Part shown: piece after piece, positions 54,923 to 64,000 of the stretch
Numbering within the stretch: position 1 is the stretch's first letter
Layout of the letters: every line of letters starts with the position of its first letter
Source of the DNA: Dehalococcoidales bacterium
GTDB lineage: Bacteria; Chloroflexota; Dehalococcoidia; Dehalococcoidales; UBA5760
DNA length: 64,000 nucleotides
NCBI GenBank assembly: GCA_034414575.1
Contig: DAOULZ010000001.1
Coordinates: 4,458-68,457 of the forward strand
Direction of reading: 5' to 3'
Notes under the pieces: generated by a model
Seen by the model: only the letters and a program-made list of their open reading frames with translations
The model's database searches: none
Told to the model about the DNA's origin: nothing
Made by a program: the position numbers and the translations under genes

Positions 54923-55762
54923 ATGAAGAAATCCATGATACTGGCGATAGTCCTGTCCTCTCTTCTCTTGGTGACGATGCTTACCGGATGCACTACACCG
55001 CCTTCGACACCCACCGAGCCCAGAATCGTCACCTTCCCCGACGAGAACCTAGCGGCAGCCATCAGGGAGGCCCTGGGTAAGCCCGCTGACGAAGAGATAA
55101 TGTCCACGGAACTGGCTCAGCTTACTAAATTAAAGGCCTGGGACGCTGGCATTACCAATCTATCCGGTATCGAATACTGCACCAATCTGACTTCGCTTGA
55201 CCTACATAGAAACCCGATAAGCGACGTCTCACCACTTTCCTCCATGACCTGCCTGACTGACCTGCATCTATGCGATAACCAGATTAGCGATATCTCACCG
55301 CTCACCTCTCTGAACAACCTGACCTTCCTCGCCATTACTGAAAACCCGGTAAGCGACCTCTCGCCTCTTTCCTCTCTCGCCAGGCTGCAGGTTCTCGACC
55401 TCGCCAGCGATGAGATAAGCGATATCTCGCCCCTTTCCCCCCTCAAGAACCTGACCATCCTGTGCCTTCAGGGTAACGAGGTAAGTGACATCTCACTCCT
55501 CTCCTCCCTCACTAACCTCGTTGACCTCCGCCTTACCCAGAACCAAGTAAGCGACCTCTCACCGCTACAGGAAAACACCGGGCTGGGGAAAGGGGACACG
55601 GTGCTGCTTGGGGGCAATAATCTCGACCTTTCCCAGGGCTCAGAAGATATGAGGAACATAATGACTTTAGAGGCAAGAGGCGTGGTGGTTTCCCTCGACC
55701 CGCAGCAGTGGGCACCAGAAAACGTGTTACCAGGAACACCAGTCCCCATCCCCCCAGGGTAG
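54923..55762 (+). CDS. Leucine-rich-repeat (internalin-like) lipoprotein
   Basis: Lipobox LTGC, cap FPDENLAAAIREAL, about seven 22-aa repeats (L..L.L..N.ISD.SPL). Confidence 0.9.
   Translation: MKKSMILAIVLSSLLLVTMLTGCTTPPSTPTEPRIVTFPDENLAAAIREALGKPADEEIMSTELAQLTKLKAWDAGITNLSGIEYCTNLTSLDLHRNPISDVSPLSSMTCLTDLHLCDNQISDISPLTSLNNLTFLAITENPVSDLSPLSSLARLQVLDLASDEISDISPLSPLKNLTILCLQGNEVSDISLLSSLTNLVDLRLTQNQVSDLSPLQENTGLGKGDTVLLGGNNLDLSQGSEDMRNIMTLEARGVVVSLDPQQWAPENVLPGTPVPIPPG
55160..55580 (+). repeat. Degenerate 66-bp tandem repeats encoding the LRRs
   Basis: Recurrent (A/G)TAAGCGA(C/T)..CTC(A/G)CC motif at 66-nt spacing. Confidence 0.8.
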
Positions 55763-55833
55763 TAGCTTCTCTTGAACCTGTAACAGGTACTCTGAAGGAG
55801 CCGAGTGCAGATCAAAGATACCGCCGGAGGCTG

Positions 55834-56235
55834 CTATCCTTCCTCCCCAACAAACTTTAGCGCTACCGAATTAAGGCAGTAGCGAAGGCCGGTCGGTGGC
55901 GGGCCGTCGGTAAAGACATGCCCCAGATGGGCATGACACCGGCGGCATTTCACCTCGGTGCGCACCATGCCTTGACTTGCATCTTGGGCAGTCTCAATAC
56001 TCTCTTCTGAAATCGGTGTCCAGAAGCTGGGCCAGCCGGTACCAGAGTCAAACTTTGCTTCGGAACTAAACAGGTTACTACCACAGCCGACGCACTGGTA
56101 TTTACCCCTCCCCTTAAAGGCGTAATACCGGCCGCTGAAAGCCGGCTCGGTGCCCCTACGCCGGGTAACCTCGTACTGCTCCGGGGTAAGCAGCCGGCGC
56201 CACTCCTCATCGCTCCTTATTATCTTTTCTGGCAA
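55834..56235 (-). CDS. msrB: Peptide-methionine (R)-S-oxide reductase
   Basis: GTEPAFSG, KFDSGTGWPSF, RTEV.C..C.AHLGHVF.DGP.PTGLRYCLNS. Confidence 0.97.
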   Translation of the reverse strand: MPEKIIRSDEEWRRLLTPEQYEVTRRRGTEPAFSGRYYAFKGRGKYQCVGCGSNLFSSEAKFDSGTGWPSFWTPISEESIETAQDASQGMVRTEVKCRRCHAHLGHVFTDGPPPTGLRYCLNSVALKFVGEEG

Positions 56236-56364
56236 ACCATCCTCCCACTCAGGGACTAATAGTCACCGCACAGCAAAATTTATCTGGTCAGGGTTCTCTC
56301 TGTCAAGAGCCTCTCTTCCCCACCCCCTAATTATGCTAAAATAACTAACAAGAGGAACCCTTTA

Positions 56365-58935
56365 ATGATTCCTATTAAGCTATCACTGCGTAACTTCATG
56401 TGCTACCGGGATAACGTGCCCCCGCTCCTCTTTGACGGTATCCACACCGCCTGCATCTCCGGAGATAACGGCAACGGTAAGTCAACCCTTATTGACGCCA
56501 TGACCTGGGCACTATGGGGGAAAGCCAGAGCCAAGAGTGATGACGACCTCGTTCACCTGGGCCAAGCGGATACGGAGGTAGAATTTGACTTCGCCGTCAA
56601 CGGGCAACCCTACCGCATCATCCGCAAGCACTCCAAACCCAAGCGACGCGGCGGACAGGGAAAGACCATCTTAGAGTTCCAGATAGCCACCGACGGCGAT
56701 TACCGGGCGCTGACCGGCAGCAGTATCATCCGCACCCAGCAGAAGATCACTGACATCCTGCATATGGACTACACCACCTTTGTCAACAGTGCCCTGCTCC
56801 TGCAGGGTCGTGCTGATGAGTTCACCATCAAACGCCCCGTCGAGCGCAAGCAGGTGCTGGCTGACATTCTGGGGCTCTCCTTCTACGATAAGCTGGAAGA
56901 GCAAGCCAAAGACCAGGCTAAGGAGCAGGAAATAGCAAAAACACAGCTGGAGAACGCTATCCAAGATATAAATAGTGAACTCGCCCAAAAACCAAGCTAT
57001 GAAGCCGAATTTAGAGCCGGGCAGAGCCAGCTAGCGGCCATAGAAAAAGAGGTAATCGAGCGGGAAGCTAGGCTCAACAAACTGAGGCAGGAAAAGGAAG
57101 CCCTAGAAAATAAGCAATCTGAACTAACTCAGCTCGAGGAACGCCTCAGTAAGACAAAAAGAGACCTCGAGCGCTGGGATGACCAGCTGAGACGGCACCG
57201 CCTGAAGCTCAAAGAGTATGAGGCCCTAATAGCCCAACGCCTCACGATAGAAGAAGGCTTCTCCCAGTTCACCGAAGCCAAGAGGCTAACTGGCGAACTT
57301 GACCAGAAGTTAAGGCTGGTCACCACTCTGAGCGAACGCCGACATCAGCTTGAGCTGACCATCACCCAGGCCGGGCAGGCTCTAGTTCAAGAACACGCCG
57401 TAGCGCAAAGCCGGATAGGCGAGCTGGTAACCGGCTCACAGAAACTGCCATCGCTCAAGAAAGAGTTACCGCAGCTACAGGCTCAACTACTCAAGCTGGC
57501 TGAGCCGGAGGAAAAATTAAGACAAGCCAAACAAAGCAGTCAAGAACTAAGAACCCAGGTAAACCACCTGGAGTCCAGAAATGTCCAACTGGAACGGGAA
57601 ATAAAAGAGCTGGGAGAAAAGCTCGACCTACTGCTAACTCAAAAGGGCACCAAGTGCCCGCTATGCGAGACCGAGCTTGAGGTCGAAGGTATAAAACTCA
57701 TCGAGATCAAGTACACTGGCGAGAAACAAAGCAAGCTTGAATCCCTAAAACTGAGCCAGGCTGAGCTGGCCCAAAAGGCAACAGAGCTTACCCGGCGGGA
57801 AAGCGAAATATCTCAGCTTGAAACCAAGCTAAATCAAGGTAGAGCCTCGCTCCAGACTAAAGCCAGTATCCTGAGCCAGGAGTTACTTAAAGCTGAAGAA
57901 GCCGCCAGTAAACTAAATGAGGCAAGAAAAAGCCTGGCCGAGATTGAAGAACACCTGGCCCGAAGAGACTTTGCCCTTGCCGAACAACAGGCTCTACAGG
58001 AGCTCGAAAGCGAGCTAGCTAAACTTGGATATGATGCCAAGCAGCACGATGAGATACGCCAGCGCCTAACCAGCCTAGAACAGCACGAAGCCCTAAAGCG
58101 AAAACTGGAGGAAGCCGAGAGACTGGTGAGCCAGGAAAAAGAGGCGACCGCGAGAGCTGAGGAGGCTGCTCAAGAGCTACACCACAGCCTTGAGATAGAA
58201 AATCAGAGACGTGAGTCTCTAATTGAAGAACTCAACCGGCTGCCCCAACTGATTAGTGATTTTACCCGGGCTGAGGACGAATATCGGGCATCACTGTCCA
58301 AGCAAAAGCAGGCTCAGGAGACGATCTGGGGTGTGAAGGCAAAGCTGGAACGCCTGACAGAACTGGACATAAAAAGGCAGGAAAAGGAAAAACTGCTATC
58401 TCAGGCTATAAAAGAGGAGAAAATCTATAAAGACCTAGCTCAAGCCTTCGGTAAGAGGGGAATCCAGGCCCTGCTCATTGAGAGTGCTCTCCCTGAAATC
58501 GAGGCTGAAGCCAACGAACTACTGGCTCGTATGACTGACAACAGAATGCATATCAAGATTGAGACGCAGCGGGAAACCAAGGCGGGGAATGTTGTGGAAA
58601 CCCTGGATATTAAAATCTCTGACGAACTGGGGACACGAAATTACGAGATGTTCAGCGGTGGCGAAGCCTTCCGCATTAACTTTGCCATTCGGATCGCCCT
58701 GTCCAAGCTACTGGCGAGACGAGCCGGAGCTCCATTACCCACCCTAGTTATTGATGAAGGCTTCGGCACCCAGGATAGCACCGGGATTGAAAAACTCAAG
58801 GAAGCCATAAACTCAATTCAAGACGACTTTGATAAGATACTGGTTATTACTCATATTGAGGAGCTGAGAAACGCCTTCCCCACCTGCATCAATGTCATCA
58901 AGACAGCCAACGGCTCCACGCTTGAAGTAAGCTAA
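56365..58935 (+). CDS. sbcC: SMC/Rad50-like ATPase SbcC
   Basis: Walker A GDNGNGKS, Q-loop, coiled coil with CPLC hook, signature FSGGE, IDEGFG, H-loop ITH. Confidence 0.88.
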   Translation: MIPIKLSLRNFMCYRDNVPPLLFDGIHTACISGDNGNGKSTLIDAMTWALWGKARAKSDDDLVHLGQADTEVEFDFAVNGQPYRIIRKHSKPKRRGGQGKTILEFQIATDGDYRALTGSSIIRTQQKITDILHMDYTTFVNSALLLQGRADEFTIKRPVERKQVLADILGLSFYDKLEEQAKDQAKEQEIAKTQLENAIQDINSELAQKPSYEAEFRAGQSQLAAIEKEVIEREARLNKLRQEKEALENKQSELTQLEERLSKTKRDLERWDDQLRRHRLKLKEYEALIAQRLTIEEGFSQFTEAKRLTGELDQKLRLVTTLSERRHQLELTITQAGQALVQEHAVAQSRIGELVTGSQKLPSLKKELPQLQAQLLKLAEPEEKLRQAKQSSQELRTQVNHLESRNVQLEREIKELGEKLDLLLTQKGTKCPLCETELEVEGIKLIEIKYTGEKQSKLESLKLSQAELAQKATELTRRESEISQLETKLNQGRASLQTKASILSQELLKAEEAASKLNEARKSLAEIEEHLARRDFALAEQQALQELESELAKLGYDAKQHDEIRQRLTSLEQHEALKRKLEEAERLVSQEKEATARAEEAAQELHHSLEIENQRRESLIEELNRLPQLISDFTRAEDEYRASLSKQKQAQETIWGVKAKLERLTELDIKRQEKEKLLSQAIKEEKIYKDLAQAFGKRGIQALLIESALPEIEAEANELLARMTDNRMHIKIETQRETKAGNVVETLDIKISDELGTRNYEMFSGGEAFRINFAIRIALSKLLARRAGAPLPTLVIDEGFGTQDSTGIEKLKEAINSIQDDFDKILVITHIEELRNAFPTCINVIKTANGSTLEVS

Positions 58936-58947
58936 TTAGCCCAAAAG

Positions 58948-59499
58948 CTAAAGCCCAAGGTCACCGGCAATGCCCTGCATCGCCCGCAGCCCCAACTCGA
59001 CAAACTCACCAAGCTCAAGCCCGAGCTGGCGGCATGATGAAATCTGCTCCCTATCCACCGCGGCCGCAAACCTGGGTTCCTTAAACCTCTTGAGGACTGA
59101 TTTAGTGGTCAGACCAGCTAATTTCTTATCCGGCCTGACCAGAGCGGCCGCGGTAATCAGCCCAGTCAAGGGGTCAATACAGAAGAGAGCCTCATCAAGC
59201 TTAGTCTCACAGGGGACGCCGTGTGCTTGATTATGGCAGAGAATAGCGTGAGACATGGCCTCACTTGCCCCCAGCTCCCGAGCCAAGTCAGCCCCCAGCT
59301 TACTATGGGCCTTCATATCCCCCTCGGTTAGCTCCACGTCGATATCGTGTAAGAGACCGGTAAGCCCCCATTCCTCCTCATCCTCACCCAGGCGCCGGGC
59401 CACGGCACACATTACCGCCTCGGTAGCTAACATATGCTTCACCAGGTTCTGGTTCTCCACATTCTCTTTGACCGAGTTAAGCACTTCTTTTCGATTCAT
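58948..59499 (-). CDS. HDIG domain metal-dependent phosphohydrolase
   Basis: NLVKHMLA, GLLHDID, H..LG, AILCHN, RPDKKL, KRFKEPRFAA. Confidence 0.88.
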   Translation of the reverse strand: MNRKEVLNSVKENVENQNLVKHMLATEAVMCAVARRLGEDEEEWGLTGLLHDIDVELTEGDMKAHSKLGADLARELGASEAMSHAILCHNQAHGVPCETKLDEALFCIDPLTGLITAAALVRPDKKLAGLTTKSVLKRFKEPRFAAAVDREQISSCRQLGLELGEFVELGLRAMQGIAGDLGL

Positions 59500-59530
59500 C
59501 GCATCCCCTGAATATCAACTTAAAGATACC

Positions 59531-62380
59531 CTATTTAGTTAAAACACACTCCGCATCTCTAGTCAATACCCTGCGCAGATACTGCCCGGTGGCTGATGAG
59601 CGCTCCCGTGCTATCTTCTCAGGCGTGCCGATAGCAATTACGCAGCCACCCCGGTCACCCGCCCCCGGTCCGAGGTCAATAACATAATCGGCATTCTTAA
59701 TCACATCAAGATGATGCTCAATAACAATCACCGTGTTGCCACCGTCAACCAAGCGCTGCAGTACGCGCAACAGAGCCGCCACATCATCAAAGGCAAGGCC
59801 AGTAGTCGGTTCGTCAAGGATATAAAGCGTGCGGCCCGTGGACCGCCGGGACAGCTCGGTAGCCAGCTTTACCCGCTGCGCCTCACCCCCGGAAAGGGTA
59901 GGGGCCGGCTGCCCCAGGCGAATATAGCCCAGGCCGACATCACGCAGGGTCTCCAGCTTATTCCTCACCTTGGGGAAATGCTCAAAGAAGTTAAGGGCCT
60001 GCTCCACCGTCATATCCAGCACCTCAGCGATGTTCCTATCCTTAAACCTGATCTCGAGAGCCTCACGGTTATAACGCTTCCCCTGGCACACCTCACAGGG
60101 GACGGTCACGTCGGGCAGGAACTGCATCTCGATCTGAGTAAAGCCCTCGCCACGGCAGGCTTCACAACGCCCGCCCTTGACATTAAATGAGAACCGACCT
60201 GGAGCATAACCCCTCATCCTAGCCTCGGGGACCGCGGCAAAGAGTTCTCGAACCGGGGTAAAAGTCCCGGTGTAGGTGGCCGGGTTACTGCGCGGGGTAC
60301 GCCCGATGGGCGACTGGTCAACGTTAACTACCTTGTCAACATGCTCCACACCAAAGATACCATCACAATCACCAACCCTCTCTCTAGACCTATAAAGCAG
60401 CCGAGCTAAATTACGGTACAGTACCTCATCAATAAGGGTGCTCTTACCGCTACCCGAGATCCCGGTAATACAGACAAACCTGCCCAAAGGAATGCTAACG
60501 TCTATATTCTTGAGATTGTTCTGCCGTGCCCCTTTGACCACGAGCTCCTCACCGGAACCAAGACGACGCTTTGGGGGTAGGGGAATCTGCTTCAGGCCGC
60601 TGAGATACTGACCGGTTATTGATTCCGCCGAATTCATAATGTCAGCTAGGGTACCAGTCGCCACAACCCCCCCCCCGTGCTCTCCCGCTCCGGGCCCCAT
60701 ATCAATAATATGATCCGCAGCGCGCATCATCGCCTCGTCATGCTCAACCACCAGTATCGTATTGCCCAGGTCGCGCAGCCGCTTTAGGGTCTCAATCAAG
60801 CGAAAGTCATCGGCGGGATGAAGACCCACCGTCGGCTCGTCGCAGATATAAAGTACCCCCATCAACCCGCTACCGATCTGAGTAGCCAGGCGAATCCGCT
60901 GTGCCTCACCGCCACTCAGGGTAGCCGAGGGACGGTCTAGGGTAAGATAATCCAAGCCCACATCCTCAAGGAAGCCCAACCGGGCCCCGATCTCCTTGAG
61001 GACCTGATGGGCTATCATTCGCTCACGCTCACTAAGTATTGCCTCCTTGCCACTTAGAGCCGCCACCCAATCCAGAGCCTGAGCAACCGACATTGAACTG
61101 ACCTCGATAATGTTGCGGCCACCAATGGTTATGGCCAGGGACTCAGGCCGGAGGCGCTTCCCCTGGCAGACAGGGCACTGCCGAGATACCATATAGCGCT
61201 CCAGTGACAGCCGGGAATTCTCTGATTCCGTATCCCGATAGAGCCTCTCCAGCCGTGGAATCACCCCCTCATAGCCGGTGAAATACTGCCTTACCCGACC
61301 GAAGCGACGGTAACTTACCAGCTCACCCTCTTCGCCGTAAAGCACCAGTCTAAGCTGCTCCTGGGTCAAATCTCGCACCGGGCTATAGATAGAAAAACCA
61401 TAGCGTCCCCCTAGATCATCAAGCTGGTGAAGATACCAGAACCCCGACTGGTAGGGACGAATCGCTCCTTCCGCGATGGACAGGTCTTTATTGGGAATAA
61501 CAAGATCAGGGTCCAGCTCCTGCTTAAAGCCTAACCCGCTACAGGCAGGACAGGCGCCATGGGGGCTGTTAAAGCTGAAGGTTCGGGGGGCAATCTCACC
61601 CAGGCTGATACCGCAATGCACGCAGGCAAAGTGCTCTGAGAAGAGTAACTCCTCACCATCAACAATGGACACCAGAACTACCCCGGCCCCGAGCTTGAGT
61701 GCCGTTTCCACAGAATCGGCGATACGGCTCTGGCTGCCACTCTGCCCGATTACCAGGCGGTCAACGACCGCCTCGATAGAGTGCTTCTTATTCTTATCCA
61801 GCTGAAAATCATGAGATAAGTCACCGACCTGCCCGTCAACTCGAACCCTTACGTAGCCCGCCTTACGCAGATCGTCAAATACTGCCTGGTACTCACCTTT
61901 ACGATCCTTAACCAGGGGAGCCAGAATCACGATCCGGCTACCATCGGGAAGCGCCTGCACGGCATCAACAATCTGCTGTACGGTCTGCATAGCAATCTCG
62001 CGCCCACAACTCGGGCAGTGGGGATGCCCCACCCGGGCAAAAAGCAGCCTCAGGTAGTCATAGATCTCGGTCACCGTACCCATAGTCGACCTTGGGTTCC
62101 GACTGGGACCCTTCTGGTCAATGGAAATTGCCGGGCTTAAGCCCTCGATATAATCAACGTCAGGCTTTTCCATTCGGCCCAGAAACTGACGGGCATAGGC
62201 CGAGAGAGACTCCACATAGCGACGCTGCCCCTCGGCATAGATGGTATCAAAGGCCAGCGAACTCTTACCCGATCCCGAGACGCCGGTAATAACCACCAGC
62301 TTATCACGGGGAATAGTGACATTAATATTCTTGAGATTATGCTCCCGAGCCCCGGTGACAATTATGGAATCCAGTGGCAT
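59531..62380 (-). CDS. uvrA: Excinuclease ABC subunit UvrA
   Basis: Two ABC cassettes ([24 protein letters not shown] twice) and zinc fingers; ATG 62380 after SD GGAGGGG. Confidence 0.98.
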   Translation of the reverse strand: MPLDSIIVTGAREHNLKNINVTIPRDKLVVITGVSGSGKSSLAFDTIYAEGQRRYVESLSAYARQFLGRMEKPDVDYIEGLSPAISIDQKGPSRNPRSTMGTVTEIYDYLRLLFARVGHPHCPSCGREIAMQTVQQIVDAVQALPDGSRIVILAPLVKDRKGEYQAVFDDLRKAGYVRVRVDGQVGDLSHDFQLDKNKKHSIEAVVDRLVIGQSGSQSRIADSVETALKLGAGVVLVSIVDGEELLFSEHFACVHCGISLGEIAPRTFSFNSPHGACPACSGLGFKQELDPDLVIPNKDLSIAEGAIRPYQSGFWYLHQLDDLGGRYGFSIYSPVRDLTQEQLRLVLYGEEGELVSYRRFGRVRQYFTGYEGVIPRLERLYRDTESENSRLSLERYMVSRQCPVCQGKRLRPESLAITIGGRNIIEVSSMSVAQALDWVAALSGKEAILSERERMIAHQVLKEIGARLGFLEDVGLDYLTLDRPSATLSGGEAQRIRLATQIGSGLMGVLYICDEPTVGLHPADDFRLIETLKRLRDLGNTILVVEHDEAMMRAADHIIDMGPGAGEHGGGVVATGTLADIMNSAESITGQYLSGLKQIPLPPKRRLGSGEELVVKGARQNNLKNIDVSIPLGRFVCITGISGSGKSTLIDEVLYRNLARLLYRSRERVGDCDGIFGVEHVDKVVNVDQSPIGRTPRSNPATYTGTFTPVRELFAAVPEARMRGYAPGRFSFNVKGGRCEACRGEGFTQIEMQFLPDVTVPCEVCQGKRYNREALEIRFKDRNIAEVLDMTVEQALNFFEHFPKVRNKLETLRDVGLGYIRLGQPAPTLSGGEAQRVKLATELSRRSTGRTLYILDEPTTGLAFDDVAALLRVLQRLVDGGNTVIVIEHHLDVIKNADYVIDLGPGAGDRGGCVIAIGTPEKIARERSSATGQYLRRVLTRDAECVLTK

Positions 62381-62450
62381 ATCCCCCTCCATACTCAACA
62401 ATATTATTGTAGCACCAGCGTCAAAAACAAAACAACAGAAGTCCGCCCCA

Positions 62451-62479
62451 TTGACACCCAGAATGCCCTGCAGTAATAT
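62451..62479 (+). promoter_or_regulatory. sigma70-type promoter of yifB
   Basis: TTGACA(62451-56)-N17-TAATAT(62474-79). Confidence 0.6.
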
Positions 62480-62577
62480 AGCAGCGAATCATCGATCGAC
62501 TAGCCTAGCCAAAAACCAGAATCGGCTCCCAACAGTTGACCACCAACCAATACCTGTGTTATTACCTATGGAGAAAC

Positions 62578-64000
62578 ATGCTAGCCAAGGTAACAAGCTG
62601 CGCCGTAGTCGGACTGGAAGGGGCAGTCATTGAGGTCGAGGTAGATATCTCGCCGGGGCTACCCTCACTTACCATTGTGGGGCTACCCGATGCTGCTGTT
62701 CAGGAAGCCAGGGAGCGAGTCCGCGCCGCCATCCGAAACTCCGGCTGCAACTTTCCCATGAGACGCACCGTAGTGAATCTCGCCCCGGCTGACCTCAAGA
62801 AGGCCGGGCCAGCCTATGACCTCCCCATTGCCGTCGGCATCCTCTTAAGTTCACAGCAGATTCAGTCTGATGTCTCACAGACCATTATCCTGGGTGAGCT
62901 ATCACTAGACGGCAGCCTGCGTCACACCAACGGCATTCTACCCATGGTCGCCCTCGCCCACAAGAAAGGATTCTCCTCGGTGATTGTGCCTCAGGCGGAT
63001 GCTAGAGAAGCCTCCTTAGTAACCGGGATCAAAATCATTCCCGTCGCCTCACTGTCACAATTGGTTAGTTACCTGCGCGGAGAAATACCGGCACCTGAAT
63101 ACAAACCTGAGGAAAGCGAAGAGACCGAAAAACACGCCCCTCTTACCGCTTTGGTTACTGACTTGGCCTACATTAAAGGACAGGAGCACGTCAAGCGAGC
63201 CTTAGAAGTAGCCGCCGCCGGGGGGCATAATGTAATCATGATGGGGCCTCCGGGAAGCGGCAAAACACTGCTGGCACGCTCTCTCCCTTCCATACTACCC
63301 CCAATGACCAATGAGGAAGCCCTTGACGTCACCAAAATCTACAGTGTCAGCGGGCTGCTACCTCCGGATACCCCTCTGATGACACAAAGACCCTTCCGTT
63401 CTCCCCACTACACCATCTCCAACGCCGGTTTAGTCGGGGGCGGGCGCTGGCCCAAGCCCGGGGAAATAAGTCTCAGCCATCGCGGGGTACTATTCCTTGA
63501 TGAACTCCCTGAATTCGGGCACGCCGTGCTCGAGTTACTGCGCCAGCCCCTCGAGGATAAGGTAATCACTATCAGCCGGGCGCAGGGCAGCCTGACCTTC
63601 CCGGCCAACTTTATGCTGGTCGGGGCCATGAACCCCTGCCCGTGCGGCTTCTACGGCGACCCCTTCCGAGCCTGTACCTGCTCGCATAGTCTGGTCTCAC
63701 GATACCAACAACGCATTAGCGGGCCCTTTATTGACCGGGTTGATATTTTTATCGAGGTACCCCACATTGAATACGAAAAACTAACTGATGATAGACTAGG
63801 AGAGAAATCAAGCCAGGTTCAAACCAGAGTCAAGGCCGCCCGCTTAAAACAACAGAAACGCTTTAACGGAACCAAGCTGACCTACAATGCTGAGATGACA
63901 CCCGCCGAGGTAAGAGATTTCTGTCAGGCGGAGGAGTCGGCCCAGAGCCTCCTCAAGGCAGCCATGAAACAGCTTCATCTCTCCGCCCGCGCCTTCCACC
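62578..64000 (+). CDS. comM: YifB/ComM family Mg-chelatase-like AAA+ ATPase (runs off the window; missing from the ORF track)
   Basis: Manual reading from ATG 62578: [15 protein letters not shown]..., [77 protein letters not shown]. Confidence 0.95.
   Translation, partial: MLAKVTSCAVVGLEGAVIEVEVDISPGLPSLTIVGLPDAAVQEARERVRAAIRNSGCNFPMRRTVVNLAPADLKKAGPAYDLPIAVGILLSSQQIQSDVSQTIILGELSLDGSLRHTNGILPMVALAHKKGFSSVIVPQADAREASLVTGIKIIPVASLSQLVSYLRGEIPAPEYKPEESEETEKHAPLTALVTDLAYIKGQEHVKRALEVAAAGGHNVIMMGPPGSGKTLLARSLPSILPPMTNEEALDVTKIYSVSGLLPPDTPLMTQRPFRSPHYTISNAGLVGGGRWPKPGEISLSHRGVLFLDELPEFGHAVLELLRQPLEDKVITISRAQGSLTFPANFMLVGAMNPCPCGFYGDPFRACTCSHSLVSRYQQRISGPFIDRVDIFIEVPHIEYEKLTDDRLGEKSSQVQTRVKAARLKQQKRFNGTKLTYNAEMTPAEVRDFCQAEESAQSLLKAAMKQLHLSARAFH

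Noticed and set aside
62381-62577. LexA (GAAC-N4-GTTC) boxes upstream of uvrA/yifB, or upstream of mfd or sbcC
   Set aside because: No match found by eye.
1-64000. CRISPR arrays, tRNA/rRNA genes, IS transposases, prophage genes
   Set aside because: No regularly spaced repeat-spacer units apart from coding LRR repeats, no T-loop GGTTCRA.TCC cloverleafs, and no transposase or phage motifs; xerD is the housekeeping type.

Overview
Bacterial chromosomal window, almost certainly Chloroflexota class Dehalococcoidia (inferred from protein styles, the long Dehalococcoides-type GreA, GuaB3 and a lineage-typical intergenic hairpin repeat). It is mostly housekeeping: corA, rsmG, greA, tatD, mfd, the CIRCE-controlled hrcA-grpE-dnaK-dnaJ operon, der-plsY-gpsA, argF, polA-mutM, gltX, dksA-lspA-rluD, nfo, ftsH, metG, rsmI, guaB3, treT, xerD, pcm, msrB, sbcC, uvrA and a truncated yifB. 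A TPP riboswitch lies at the left edge on the minus strand. No rRNA, tRNA, CRISPR array, transposase or prophage was seen. Three compositionally foreign, defence-like insertions interrupt the backbone: a PD-(D/E)XK-like orphan with a neighbouring HhH-like orphan after mfd, an HNH nuclease after mutM, and a two-gene DNA methyltransferase + EVE/DCD-PD-(D/E)XK nuclease module between rluD and gltX. That last module is the best candidate for a little-described system. Other items worth a second look: GreA fused to an integrase-like core-binding domain, a long structured 5' leader on a zinc-ribbon gene, a dispersed REP-like repeat, a DUF350-like/transglutaminase/LRR-lipoprotein surface cluster, a gene missed by the ORF track (DUF5679-like), a flavodoxin remnant, and apparent CTAG enrichment. 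All family calls come from motif recognition by eye; no database searches were run.
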